DNA of 64,000 nucleotides from Bacteroidota bacterium (GCA_025363555.1 JANYDQ010000157.1:2247-66246), one strand, 5' to 3'. Counted from the first letter of the stretch, positions 27,637 to 38,106 are shown. A program made the numbers and translations. Notes: generated by a model not told the origin, from the letters alone.

Positions 27637-29549
27637 GTAATTGGTTTAAAAGAAAACCCGACCTTCTTTCTTCCGAAGAAAGACTAACAATAATTGAAAA
27701 GGCAGCGAAACAAGTTGGCCCGGGAGTGTTTTTTTCAAATATTGTTGTAATAATATCTTTTTTACCTGTTTTCTTACTTACGGGGATGGAAGGGAAATTA
27801 TTCAGTCCTTTGGCGTGGACAAAAACATTTATTCTGTTGGTTGATGCGTTTCTTGCTGTTACTCTTGCTCCTGTTTTGATTTCATTTTTTCTGAAAGGTA
27901 ATTTGAAACCCGAAGGAGCAAACCCAATAGTAAGGGGGTTGGAAAAAGTTTATAAACCTGTTCTGAAATTATGTTTGAACTGGAGAAAGACAACTATTGT
28001 TGTAAATATAATTGCTCTCGTGTTTGCTATCTTTATATTTTCACGATTGGGGTCTGAATTTATGCCACCGCTTGATGAAGGCTCTATTTTATTTATGCCT
28101 GTAACATTACCTGATATTTCAAACTCAGAAGCAAAAAGGCTTTTGCAAGTGCAGGATAAAATTATTAAATCTCTACCCGAAGTTGAAAATGTTTTGGGTA
28201 AGGCAGGGAGAGCGAACACCGCTACTGACAATTCACCCATAAGTATGATTGAAACTGTAATACTTTTGAAACCAAAAACTGAATGGCGAAAAGGTTTTAC
28301 AAAAGACAGCATTATTAATGAATTAAATACTAAGCTTCAAATTCCCGGAATAACAAACGGGTGGACACAACCGATTATTAACCGTATTAATATGCTTTCG
28401 ACAGGAATAAGGACTGATGTAGGAGTTAAAGTTTATGGACAAAACCTTGATACTATATTTTCTTTTTCACAAAAGCTTAAAAAAAGTATAGAAGATATTG
28501 CGGGCATCCAGGATTTATATGTAGAGCCTATTACAGGAGGAAGGTATATTGATATTGTAATTAAAAGAGAAGAAATTGGACGTTACGGGCTTACGGTAAA
28601 TGATGTTAATTCAGTTATAGAAACTGCATTGGGTGGAATGAAACTGACTACTACGATTGAAGGCAGGCAGCGGTTTTCAATTAATGCGCGTTATGGGGAG
28701 GACTTTAGAAACAACCTGACTGCATTAAATCAACTACAAGTTCAGACTATGAATTACGGCCCCATTCCACTCTCTGCTGTTGCGGATATTAAATTATGGG
28801 AAGGACCGCCAATGATAAATTCGGAAAATGCTTTATTGAGAGGAACAATATTATTTAATGTAAGAGGAAGAGATTTAGGCAGCACTGTAACTGAGGCACA
28901 GAAAAAATTAAGTATGATGATTAATAAAATGCCAAAAGGATATTTTATAGAATGGAGTGGGCAATGGGAAAACCAGTTAAGGGCAAATAAAACATTAAAA
29001 CTTATTATGCCTGTTGTTCTTATTTTTATATTCTTTGTTCTCTATTTCACTTATCATTCGGCTAAAGAAGCTATTCTTACAATGATAACTGTTCCATTTG
29101 GATTGATAGGAGGGGTTGTAATGGTTTATTTGTATGACATAAATCTTTCTGTTGCAGTTGCTGTTGGTTTTATTGCTTTATTTGGTATGGCTGTGGAGCT
29201 TGCTATGTTGATGACCATATATCTTAATGAAGCGATGCAAAAATTGGTAAACGATAAAGGAAATTCCAGAGAAACTATATCTACTGATGATTTAAGAGAG
29301 TATATAATAATTGGTGCAACTAAAAGGCTTCGCCCTGTTATTATGACTGTTTCGGTTTCCTTGTTTGGTCTAATTCCTATTTTGTGGGCAACAGGAGTTG
29401 GGAGCGATGTAATGCGCCCGATTACAATTCCTCTTTTGGGAGGGACTATTAGTACAATAGTATTTGTAATGTTCGTAACACCAATAGTACTTGAAATGAC
29501 AAAGGAAAGGGAACTAAAACGCAATGGTAAAATCACTTTAATAGAATGA
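27633..29549 (+). CDS. cusA: CusA heavy-metal RND transporter, C-terminal half
   Basis: SFLPVF.L.G.EGKLF.PLA.TK, GSEFMPPLDEG, LFMP / ISMIET / INMLSTG, AVAVGFIALFG, RLRP..MT; ATGA overlap with the N-half. Confidence 0.88.
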   Translation: MSNWFKRKPDLLSSEERLTIIEKAAKQVGPGVFFSNIVVIISFLPVFLLTGMEGKLFSPLAWTKTFILLVDAFLAVTLAPVLISFFLKGNLKPEGANPIVRGLEKVYKPVLKLCLNWRKTTIVVNIIALVFAIFIFSRLGSEFMPPLDEGSILFMPVTLPDISNSEAKRLLQVQDKIIKSLPEVENVLGKAGRANTATDNSPISMIETVILLKPKTEWRKGFTKDSIINELNTKLQIPGITNGWTQPIINRINMLSTGIRTDVGVKVYGQNLDTIFSFSQKLKKSIEDIAGIQDLYVEPITGGRYIDIVIKREEIGRYGLTVNDVNSVIETALGGMKLTTTIEGRQRFSINARYGEDFRNNLTALNQLQVQTMNYGPIPLSAVADIKLWEGPPMINSENALLRGTILFNVRGRDLGSTVTEAQKKLSMMINKMPKGYFIEWSGQWENQLRANKTLKLIMPVVLIFIFFVLYFTYHSAKEAILTMITVPFGLIGGVVMVYLYDINLSVAVAVGFIALFGMAVELAMLMTIYLNEAMQKLVNDKGNSRETISTDDLREYIIIGATKRLRPVIMTVSVSLFGLIPILWATGVGSDVMRPITIPLLGGTISTIVFVMFVTPIVLEMTKERELKRNGKITLIE

Positions 29550-30808
29550 GGAAAACAATATTGACATTTGTATTTGTATTTGTATTCTCTTTATTTTATG
29601 TCAAGGCGCAACGAATGAATATTGATTCTATTCTTTCTGCCATTGACAAACAACATCCTTCAGTAAAAATGTTTGATGCAGATATTGCATCTATGAACGC
29701 TGCTGCCAAAGGAGCGCGAAGCTGGATGCCTCCCGAAGTGGGAGCGGGTTTCTGGATGACACCCTATAACCCGATGATGTGGAAAGCGGATGCAGAAAAT
29801 AATTACAGTGGTATGGGGTCGTTTATGGTTTCGGCTCAACAAATGTTTCCAAATAGAAAACAACAGGATGCTAATTCTGCTTATATGAGTGCAATGTCGT
29901 CAGTGGAAGTGCAAAATAAAAATACTACGCTGAATGATTTATATGCAGAGGCAAGGAAAAATTATTTTGAGTGGGTGGTGTTGAAAAAGAAATCAGCAAT
30001 TATAGAACAGGATTCTGTATTGCTTACCTATATGATTGCTGATGCGGAATTGCGGTTTAAAAATAATATGGAAAAACTTAGTGCTTATTATAAAGCAAAA
30101 GCAGCACTTGGTAATTTGCAAAATATGAAACTGATGGTGCTGAATGAAATGAAGCAAAAACAAATTGCATTAAATACTTTGATGAATAGAAAGGTTACTA
30201 CTTCATTTGATATTGATAGTACTTATCATTTAAAAGATTATTCTGTTTATCATTTTGACAGTACTTTGTTTTCAACAAACCGAACTGATATTATTGCGAT
30301 AGACAAAAATATTACTCTTAACCAACTTCACCTGAAACTGGAGAAAGCGAATTTAAAGCCACAGTTCGGGGTGCGTTATGATAATATGTTTGCGTTTGGG
30401 ACACAGCCTTACCAGTTCTCTTTAATGGGAATGGTGAAAATTCCTATTGCTCCCTGGTCGTCAAAAATGAGCAAAGCAACTATTGAAAGTTTGAAATTAA
30501 AAAATGAGGCATTGCAAAGTGAAAAACAAATGATGATTAATGAATCGAATGGTATGGCAAGTTCGATGTTGAATATGATTGAAACAAAAAAGAAACAAAT
30601 TAAATTATATGAAACTAATATTATTCCTGCTTTAAAAAACAATTACAAAACTATGGAGTTGGGTTATGAGCAAAATACAGAAGAGTTGTTTATGTTGTAT
30701 GATGCGTGGGAATCATTAAATATGACACAACTTGATTATTTAGACCAGTTGCAACAATTATTAACAATGCAAACAGAACTGGATAAAATTCTCCAATTGA
30801 AAAAATGA
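29546..30808 (+). CDS. TolC/CusC-family outer membrane efflux protein, Met-rich
   Basis: Signal peptide; helical OEP repeats; QQMFP and IPIAPW motifs; ATGA overlap with cusA. Confidence 0.85.
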   Translation: MRKTILTFVFVFVFSLFYVKAQRMNIDSILSAIDKQHPSVKMFDADIASMNAAAKGARSWMPPEVGAGFWMTPYNPMMWKADAENNYSGMGSFMVSAQQMFPNRKQQDANSAYMSAMSSVEVQNKNTTLNDLYAEARKNYFEWVVLKKKSAIIEQDSVLLTYMIADAELRFKNNMEKLSAYYKAKAALGNLQNMKLMVLNEMKQKQIALNTLMNRKVTTSFDIDSTYHLKDYSVYHFDSTLFSTNRTDIIAIDKNITLNQLHLKLEKANLKPQFGVRYDNMFAFGTQPYQFSLMGMVKIPIAPWSSKMSKATIESLKLKNEALQSEKQMMINESNGMASSMLNMIETKKKQIKLYETNIIPALKNNYKTMELGYEQNTEELFMLYDAWESLNMTQLDYLDQLQQLLTMQTELDKILQLKK

Positions 30809-32052
30809 AAACAATAAAAGAAATATTGAATTCATTTTTTGTTTTGTTTTTTGCAATGCAACTGATTTCCTGTGGGCAAAATGAAAAGTCTTCAAGGCAA
30901 GATACTATAAATGATATGCAGGGTATGGATATGGGTGATAAAAAAACAAAGCAAGATACAATGCCAGATATGGATATGGGAGATAAAAAAGAAAAGAGTG
31001 AACTTGTAAACCGTCCGTCTGCAACTATTTCATTGAATGATGTGATTAAACCAACAAATAAATTTGTGCTTACTTCTTTACCACTTACAACATTACAACA
31101 ACTAACAAATAAAGTTGATTTGCAATTTTATGGAATTGTAAATTATAATGAAAAAGATGCAGAAATAATTTCTTCGCGTGTGTCGGGAAGGATTGATAAG
31201 CTATATTTAAAATATCGTTTTGAAAGTATTTCAAAAGGAGAAAAGTTAATGGAAATATACAGTCCCGAATTGGTAACAGCACAACAGGATTTACTTTTTA
31301 TTTTAAATAATGATGCCGGAAATAATTCGCTTATTGAATCAGCAAAACAAAAACTACTGTTACTTGGAATGAATGAAATGCAGTTAAATGAGCTTATACA
31401 TAAGAAAACCATTAAGAATACGATTACTATTTACAGTAATTACTATGGACATATTCACGAATCGGGAGAAAAGGCTTCAATGAATAATATGGAACCTGTA
31501 ATGAATACTGCTAGCGAAATTACACAACCTCTTTCATTAAAAGAAGGAATGTATGTTACCAAAGGACAGCAGTTATTTATGATTTACAACCCTGACAATG
31601 CGTGGATTCTTGCAAACGTATTTCCTGAACAACAACCTTATGTTCATAAAGGAGATGTTGTATATGTGAGTTCGGGTACTGATTCCTCCAATCTATTTTC
31701 AGGGAAGATTGATTTTATAGAGCCTCAATATAGGGATGGAAACAAAACATTAACTGTGAGAATTAATTTTGATAATGCTTCTTTAAAATTTCCGATTGGC
31801 GGCAGGGTGAAAGTAGAAGAAAAAAATATAGCTATAAGTGGTGCGTGGCTTGCTACTTCCAGCATTCTTTCTCTTGGAAAAGATAAGGTGGTTTTTGTGA
31901 AATCAGGGAATGGTTTTGTTGCAAGAAAAATTAATGTGAACTATTCAACTTTGGAAAAATCTCTTGTGAATGGTGATTTTTCTTCAAAAGATTCAGTTGT
32001 TCTTAATGCTCAATATTTAATTGACAGTGAAAGTTTCATTAAAGTAAAATAA
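30805..32052 (+). CDS. cusB: CusB-type RND periplasmic adaptor (lipoprotein, Met-rich N-terminus)
   Basis: ISSRVSGRIDKLY, IYSPELVTAQQ.L, EGMYV.KGQ.LF, GKIDFIEP. Confidence 0.85.
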   Translation: MKTIKEILNSFFVLFFAMQLISCGQNEKSSRQDTINDMQGMDMGDKKTKQDTMPDMDMGDKKEKSELVNRPSATISLNDVIKPTNKFVLTSLPLTTLQQLTNKVDLQFYGIVNYNEKDAEIISSRVSGRIDKLYLKYRFESISKGEKLMEIYSPELVTAQQDLLFILNNDAGNNSLIESAKQKLLLLGMNEMQLNELIHKKTIKNTITIYSNYYGHIHESGEKASMNNMEPVMNTASEITQPLSLKEGMYVTKGQQLFMIYNPDNAWILANVFPEQQPYVHKGDVVYVSSGTDSSNLFSGKIDFIEPQYRDGNKTLTVRINFDNASLKFPIGGRVKVEEKNIAISGAWLATSSILSLGKDKVVFVKSGNGFVARKINVNYSTLEKSLVNGDFSSKDSVVLNAQYLIDSESFIKVK

Positions 32053-32055
32053 AAA

Positions 32056-33240
32056 ATGCTGCGTTATCTTTTCCTAATTTCATTTTTGTTTTTTGTTGGT
32101 TGCAAACCTAAAAACATTAAACAGGTAACTGAAAATAAAGTTTATTATACCTGTTCAATGCACCCACAGGTGAGGAAAGACAAGCCAGGGAAATGCCCTA
32201 TTTGTGGAATGGAATTGCATCCTGTAAGTATTCAGAAAAATATTTTATCAGATGAAATTTATTTGAATGAACAACAAATTCTGTTGGGAAATATTAAAGC
32301 AGACACACTTCATACTGAAAATATTGGTGAAGCTACTACTCTTGTTGCGACAGTAAATACGAATACTGATAATACAAGTTCTATAAGTTCGAGGGTGATG
32401 GGAAAAATTGAAAAACTTTATTTCAAGACCAAAGGTGATTATATTAATAAAGGTGATAAACTTTATGACATTAACAGCGAAGACTTAAATATAGCGAAAC
32501 AGCAATATTTACTTGCCTTGGAGAAAACAAAACAACCGCACAATGATTTTGTTGATGCAAAGCAATTAATTGAATCTGCAAAAAACAAATTGCTTTTGTA
32601 TGGAATTAGTGAGGAACAATTAAAAGATATTTCATCGTTTCCTGTAACAACTATATCAAGTTTGGCAAGCGGATATATTATAGAGTTGGCAACTAAAGAA
32701 GGTGATTATATTATGCAGGGTGCTGTTGTTTTTAAAATTGCAAACCTTACTACTTTATGGGTGGAAGCACAGGTTTACCCAACACAATTGAAAGACATTT
32801 ATAAAAATGCAGAAGCTATTGTTACATTTCCTGATTTTTCTGACAAATCATTTACAGGCAAAATTGATTTTATAAATCCTGAATTAAACAGCGGAACGCA
32901 ACTTGATTTAATTCGTGTGGAAATTCCAAACAAAGATTTATTGATAAAACCCGGAATGGCTGCAATAGTGAATTTAAAACATCATCTTCACAAAGCATTT
33001 GCTTTGCCTGTTGATGCTGTTATTCGTGATAGTAAAGGGGCAATTGTATGGGTACAAACTTCATCAAATACATTCAAAAGCCGAATGATAAAAACAGGAA
33101 TTGAATCGGGAGATAAGATTGAAATCATTTCTGGAATAATGGAAGGTGATGTAATTGTAACAAGCGGAGCATACTTACTTAATAGCGAATATATATTCAA
33201 GAAAGGTAAAAACAGTAGTATGGAAGGAATGAAAATGTAA
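32056..33240 (+). CDS. cusB: Second CusB-type periplasmic adaptor with N-terminal HMBD
   Basis: YTCSMHPQV..DKPGKCPICGM.L; SRV.GKIEKLY; L..LWVEAQVY; LKPGM-like segment. Confidence 0.87.
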   Translation: MLRYLFLISFLFFVGCKPKNIKQVTENKVYYTCSMHPQVRKDKPGKCPICGMELHPVSIQKNILSDEIYLNEQQILLGNIKADTLHTENIGEATTLVATVNTNTDNTSSISSRVMGKIEKLYFKTKGDYINKGDKLYDINSEDLNIAKQQYLLALEKTKQPHNDFVDAKQLIESAKNKLLLYGISEEQLKDISSFPVTTISSLASGYIIELATKEGDYIMQGAVVFKIANLTTLWVEAQVYPTQLKDIYKNAEAIVTFPDFSDKSFTGKIDFINPELNSGTQLDLIRVEIPNKDLLIKPGMAAIVNLKHHLHKAFALPVDAVIRDSKGAIVWVQTSSNTFKSRMIKTGIESGDKIEIISGIMEGDVIVTSGAYLLNSEYIFKKGKNSSMEGMKM

Positions 33241-33265
33241 ATTATTTGAAAGATTAAAATTAAAA

Positions 33266-35284
33266 ATGGAACACGAACATACACACAATCATTCACAACA
33301 TAGTATGAATGCGCCAATGGGAATGGCGGGGCATAATCATCATAAAATGATGGTTGATGATTTTAAGAAAAGGTTTTATATAACCCTTATTATAACTGTG
33401 CCTGTAATGCTGCTTTCGCCAATGATTCAGCTATGGTTTCATTTTTCAATTGCGTTTAAAGGTTCCGCTTATTTATTGTTGTCACTTTCTACAGTTGTTT
33501 TCTTTTATGGTGGAATGCCTTTCCTGAAAGGTTTGGCGGATGAATTAAAGCAAAGGGCATTAGGAATGATGACTTTGATTGCTGTTGCTATTACTGCTGC
33601 TTATGCTTATAGTGTGGCTACTGTGTTTGGTTTGGCAGGGATGGATTTCTTTTGGGAGCTGTGTACATTGATTTTAATAATGTTGCTTGGTCACTGGATA
33701 GAAATGAAATCGGTGGCGGGTGCGTCAAGGGAACTGGAATTGCTTGTTCAGTTGATGCCTTCGGATGCACATATGATAATGGGAGAAATGATTCACGAAG
33801 TAAAAACAGATTCGTTAAAAGAAGGTGATTTGATTTTGATAAAGTCGGGAGAAAAGGTTGCTGCTGATGGAATAATTTTGGAAGGTGAAAGTTATTTGAA
33901 TGAATCAATGTTAACAGGGGAATCCGTGCCTGTAAAAAAAATTAAAGATGATAAAATAATTGCAGGTTCTATTAATGGTAGTGGCTCGCTGAAAGTAACG
34001 GTTACTCATTCTTCAAAAGATTCTTATTTATCAAGGGTTATTAAGTTGGTGGATGATGCTCAAAAAACAAAATCAAAAACTCAATTGCTTGCTGATAAAG
34101 CTGCGAAAATTCTAACTATTGTTGCTTTGGTGGCAGGTTTTTCTACTTTCTTTTTCTGGTGGTTAGTGGCAAAGGAACCAATAGTATTTGCATTGGAAAG
34201 AATGGTAACAGTGATTGTGATTTGTTGTCCTCACGCTTTGGGATTGGCTGTGCCGTTGGTGGTTGCCATCTCAACTTCTCTTTCTGCAAAGAATGGTTTG
34301 CTGATAAAAAACAGGACTGCCTTTGAGAACGCAAGAAAAATCACTACAATTATTTTTGATAAAACCGGAACGCTGACTTATGGGAAATTTGAAGTGGCAA
34401 GAATAGTGAGCCTTACTGCTAACATTGATGAAAAAGAAATTGTTCGCATTGCATCGGCATTGGAACAAAACTCTGAACATCCTATTGCAACGGGTATTAT
34501 TGCAAAAGCAAAAGAATTTTCTGTTGCGATTCCTTCTGTAAGTAGTTTTAATTCCCTGACAGGTAAAGGAATTGAAGCTGTGGTGGAAGGAAAAAATATT
34601 AAAGTTGTAAGCCCGGGTTATCTGAAAGAAAATAAAATTGCGTTACCTGAAAATTATTCAGGTACGAATGCTGAAACAATTGTGTTTGTGATTATCAATG
34701 ATGAATTGGCGGGTTATATTGCATTGGCTGATAAAATTAGAAGTGAATCTGCGGAAGCAATCAGAACACTTCACGAAAATAATATTAAATCACTATTGCT
34801 AACGGGAGATAATGCGATGGTGGCAAAGAGTGTAAGCGATGAATTAAAGATGGATGGATTCTTTGCCGAAGTGTTGCCACATCAGAAGTTGGAAAAAATA
34901 AAGGAGTTGCAAAATAAAGGTGAATTTGTGGCAATGACGGGAGATGGTGTGAATGATGCACCTGCCCTGGCGCAAGCCGATATTGGTATTGCGGTTGGGA
35001 GTGGTAGCGACATTGCAGCAGAAACCGCAGGAATAGTTTTGGTAAATAGTAATCCGCAGGATATAGCAAGTTTAATTTTGTTTGGTAAAGCAACTTATAA
35101 AAAGATGATTCAGAATTTAATTTGGGCAACAGGATATAATGTAATTGCTTTGCCCCTTGCGGCTGGTGTACTTTATAAATGGAACATAATGTTAAGCCCT
35201 GCAATGGGTGCTGTACTTATGAGTTTAAGCACTATTGTGGTTGCTATAAATGCAAAAATGCTGAAAGTAAAATCGGTTAAATAA
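33266..35284 (+). CDS. copB: Copper-translocating P1B-3 ATPase (CopB type)
   Basis: His/Met-rich N-terminus; LGMMTL; TGES; CCPHALGLA (CPH); DKTGT; SEHP; GDGVNDAPALA; GYN; MSLST. Confidence 0.93.
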   Translation: MEHEHTHNHSQHSMNAPMGMAGHNHHKMMVDDFKKRFYITLIITVPVMLLSPMIQLWFHFSIAFKGSAYLLLSLSTVVFFYGGMPFLKGLADELKQRALGMMTLIAVAITAAYAYSVATVFGLAGMDFFWELCTLILIMLLGHWIEMKSVAGASRELELLVQLMPSDAHMIMGEMIHEVKTDSLKEGDLILIKSGEKVAADGIILEGESYLNESMLTGESVPVKKIKDDKIIAGSINGSGSLKVTVTHSSKDSYLSRVIKLVDDAQKTKSKTQLLADKAAKILTIVALVAGFSTFFFWWLVAKEPIVFALERMVTVIVICCPHALGLAVPLVVAISTSLSAKNGLLIKNRTAFENARKITTIIFDKTGTLTYGKFEVARIVSLTANIDEKEIVRIASALEQNSEHPIATGIIAKAKEFSVAIPSVSSFNSLTGKGIEAVVEGKNIKVVSPGYLKENKIALPENYSGTNAETIVFVIINDELAGYIALADKIRSESAEAIRTLHENNIKSLLLTGDNAMVAKSVSDELKMDGFFAEVLPHQKLEKIKELQNKGEFVAMTGDGVNDAPALAQADIGIAVGSGSDIAAETAGIVLVNSNPQDIASLILFGKATYKKMIQNLIWATGYNVIALPLAAGVLYKWNIMLSPAMGAVLMSLSTIVVAINAKMLKVKSVK

Positions 35285-35330
35285 ATCTCCAAAGGAGGAA
35301 ATAGTTTTTTCTTATTAAATAAAAAATAAT

Positions 35331-35338
35331 TACCTTTG
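35331..35338 (+). promoter_or_regulatory. Bacteroidota -7 promoter element (TACCTTTG) for the second island block
   Basis: Identical octamer to 17493-17500, directly before the second Cys-rich small ORF. Confidence 0.65.
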
Positions 35339-35347
35339 TTGCGTAAA

Positions 35348-35758
35348 GTGAAAATTAAAAAGATCATATCAAAAAACATTAGCTGCTTATTACTTGTTGT
35401 AATGACATATATGCACATTTGTTCTGCTTTTTGTGCAACGGGAGTCGATTTTTGTTGCAGCGAAGGTGATGAAGGCAACAATTGTGAAAAATCCTGTTCC
35501 GCACAAGAAGAAAAATCTGCCAACCCAAAACCTGACTGCCAGGACCTTCATTTTTCATTTTTCAATGCAACCGGACAATACGCATTTGCAAAAAGTATTG
35601 ATACTGTAAAAGTGTTTTTTACAATTGTTCAAATTGTAACTCCTATATTAAATATACTTCCCGTTTCGCATAGAGAAGATATTTTTGCTTTTAATGGTTT
35701 TCATCCCCCACCCCCAAAATCCGATATAAGAATTTTTATCAATAGTTTCCTGATTTGA
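35348..35758 (+). CDS. Second Cys-rich, poly-Pro-tailed small protein, putative metal-responsive leader
   Basis: Hydrophobic N-terminus; HICSAFC, CC, CEKSC, DCQDLH; C-terminal FHPPPPKSDIRIFINSFLI; start uncertain (TTG 35336 overlaps the promoter, GTG 35348 chosen). Confidence 0.72.
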   Translation: MKIKKIISKNISCLLLVVMTYMHICSAFCATGVDFCCSEGDEGNNCEKSCSAQEEKSANPKPDCQDLHFSFFNATGQYAFAKSIDTVKVFFTIVQIVTPILNILPVSHREDIFAFNGFHPPPPKSDIRIFINSFLI

Positions 35759-35874
35759 TTTTTTTAATATTTTAATTCACACGGCAGAATATTTTCTGAC
35801 CGTGCAGGACTTTTTATTGTCAATTCAATAAAAATAAATAAAAATAAATTCTTATTATAAAATTAAATCAAACA

Positions 35875-37062
35875 ATGAAAAAACAAATTACTTTGATGGC
35901 AGTACTTTTAGTAGTACTTAATTCTCTCCTTTTTGGACAAGTAGGTTGGACACAAAAGGCAAATTTCCCTGGGGCAGCACGTTATCACGCTGTAAGTTTT
36001 ACAATTGGAAACAAGTTGTATGTTGGCACAGGTTGGAATAATAGTGTTTACTACAACGATTTTTATGAGTATGACCCTTCAACAGATACCTGGACTGCAA
36101 AAGCAAACTTCCCAGGTGTGGCACGTTATGCAGCATCTGCATTCAGTATTGGTAGCAAAGGGTATGTAGGATGTGGAAGAGTGGGAAGTACTTATTACAA
36201 TGATTTTTATGAATACGACCCCAGCACCGATACGTGGGCAATAAAAGCAAATTTTATTGGTACATCAAGGCATCACCCTATTGGGTTTTCCATTGGTACA
36301 AAAGGATATATGGGGATAGGACAGAATAGTAGTTTACTAAACGATATGTATGAATATGACCCTGTAGCGAATAGCTGGACACAGAAATCAAACTATGGCG
36401 GCACTGCACGACACGCTGCTGTTGCTTTTGTGATTGACAGTAATGCGTATGTTGGTTGTGGTTATATAGGTACTGGTTATACAAATGATTTTTGGAAATA
36501 TAATCCTATAACGGATGTTTGGACACAAATTGCAAATTATGCAGGCAATGGCAGAGAACACGATATTGGTTTTGCAATTGGTGGTTTGGGTTATGTAGGT
36601 AATGGATATGCTACAACTGGCGATACAAAAGATTTTTATGAATATGACCCAATAGGGAATGTGTGGACACAAAAAGCGGATTTTGGAGGTACGGTGCGTG
36701 AAGGCGCTGTAGGTTTGAGTATTGGTACAAATGGATATGTAGCTACTGGTTGGGATGGCACTAATAGAAAAGATTTGTGGGAGTATTCAACCGTTTCTGG
36801 TATTCCTGAAATATTAAATTCATCATCAATAAATGTTTTTCCTAATCCTTCAAATGGTGAATTCAATGTTGAGTTGCCTTCTGCAAATACATTACCTTCC
36901 GAAATTATTATTACAGATATATTAGGTAAAAAATTACAGTCAATTAATTGGAATGGAAAGGATGAAACAATGAAGCTAAAAACTAATCTTAATTCGGGAA
37001 TTTATTTTTTGAAAATAAAAAATAAGGAGCAAATTATAACTAAAAAAGTAATTATAAACTAA
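35875..37062 (+). CDS. Kelch-repeat beta-propeller protein with T9SS CTD
   Basis: Six W..KA.F.G..R....F.IG.K.YVG.G...DFYEYDP blades; VFPNPSNG...KKVIIN tail. Confidence 0.9.
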   Translation: MKKQITLMAVLLVVLNSLLFGQVGWTQKANFPGAARYHAVSFTIGNKLYVGTGWNNSVYYNDFYEYDPSTDTWTAKANFPGVARYAASAFSIGSKGYVGCGRVGSTYYNDFYEYDPSTDTWAIKANFIGTSRHHPIGFSIGTKGYMGIGQNSSLLNDMYEYDPVANSWTQKSNYGGTARHAAVAFVIDSNAYVGCGYIGTGYTNDFWKYNPITDVWTQIANYAGNGREHDIGFAIGGLGYVGNGYATTGDTKDFYEYDPIGNVWTQKADFGGTVREGAVGLSIGTNGYVATGWDGTNRKDLWEYSTVSGIPEILNSSSINVFPNPSNGEFNVELPSANTLPSEIIITDILGKKLQSINWNGKDETMKLKTNLNSGIYFLKIKNKEQIITKKVIIN

Positions 37063-37068
37063 ATCAAA

Positions 37069-38106
37069 ATGAAAAAAATAATCATCGTTACATTGGTGTT
37101 GCTGATTACAGCAACTACACAAACGACTTATGCACACAATCATCATCCTACAATGAAAATGACAGCATCTGATTCGCTGATGCAAAAGGAAATGGCAGAA
37201 CATCAGCAAATGGAAGCTGTTACTGATTTTCCGAATTATCATCCGTTGATAGTTCATTTCCCGATTGTGTTATTATTAATGTCAGTTGCATTTCAGTTGC
37301 TGTCATTCTTTTTTTTCAAAAGGGAATTCAGCATCGTTACACTTATTCTTTTGGCACTCGGTGTAATCACAGCGTGGCTTGCATCCAATACATTTCATGC
37401 AATGCCAGGTACATTAACTGGAAGTGCAAAAGAAATTTTTGCCATTCACGAACAAATGGCATCGCTTACTTGGTGGTTTTCTCTTATTGCTTTGTTGATA
37501 AAAATTCCTTCACATTTCTACTTCTTAAGAAAATGGTGGATAGAAGGTTTGGTAGCACTATTGCTGATTGCATCAGCAGTTACTGTTTCCATTGCAGGAC
37601 ATCACGGTGCAATGCTTGTTTATTTGCAGGGAATAGGACCACAAGGCAAATATTTAGGTGAGTATAAATTTACTGAAAAAGGTGCTGAAACCGCTACGCA
37701 ACCGATGAATATGGAAAAATCGGAAAATGAAAAAAAAGCAAACAAAGGAGGGGAACAGGAGGAAAACCATCATGTGGGTGAACTTGGCAAAGGACCGCAT
37801 GAAGGAACTATTGAAGAGGCAGACCCTTACCATATTGAAATTGTTGCTGATAACAACGACCTCATTTTTTATTTGTTAGATGGTGATGCAAAACCGATTG
37901 ATATGAAAAATGTAACTGGTAACGTGAAGATGCTATACGAAAATAAGAAAAGTAAAACCATTGAACTTATGGAAATGGACAGCAAACAAACAGCGATGCA
38001 AGCTCTCAACGGACAATTATTTACGGCAACTTGCACTTTGACTAAAAACGGAAAATCGTATTCTGCATCTTTTGATAGTAAAAAAGATTTGTTTGAAAAG
38101 AAATAA
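37069..38106 (+). CDS. DUF2231-type membrane protein with C-terminal soluble GPHxG domain
   Basis: HPLIVHFPIVLL, H...A, AGHHGA.LVY..G.G; C-terminal HHVGELGKGPHEG....YHIE. Confidence 0.82.
   Translation: MKKIIIVTLVLLITATTQTTYAHNHHPTMKMTASDSLMQKEMAEHQQMEAVTDFPNYHPLIVHFPIVLLLMSVAFQLLSFFFFKREFSIVTLILLALGVITAWLASNTFHAMPGTLTGSAKEIFAIHEQMASLTWWFSLIALLIKIPSHFYFLRKWWIEGLVALLLIASAVTVSIAGHHGAMLVYLQGIGPQGKYLGEYKFTEKGAETATQPMNMEKSENEKKANKGGEQEENHHVGELGKGPHEGTIEEADPYHIEIVADNNDLIFYLLDGDAKPIDMKNVTGNVKMLYENKKSKTIELMEMDSKQTAMQALNGQLFTATCTLTKNGKSYSASFDSKKDLFEKK

Noticed and set aside
26359..29549. cusA as a frameshifted pseudogene
   Set aside because: The clean ATGA coupling, the break in a cytoplasmic loop and the intact metal motifs favour a real split gene; kept as a finding pending read check.
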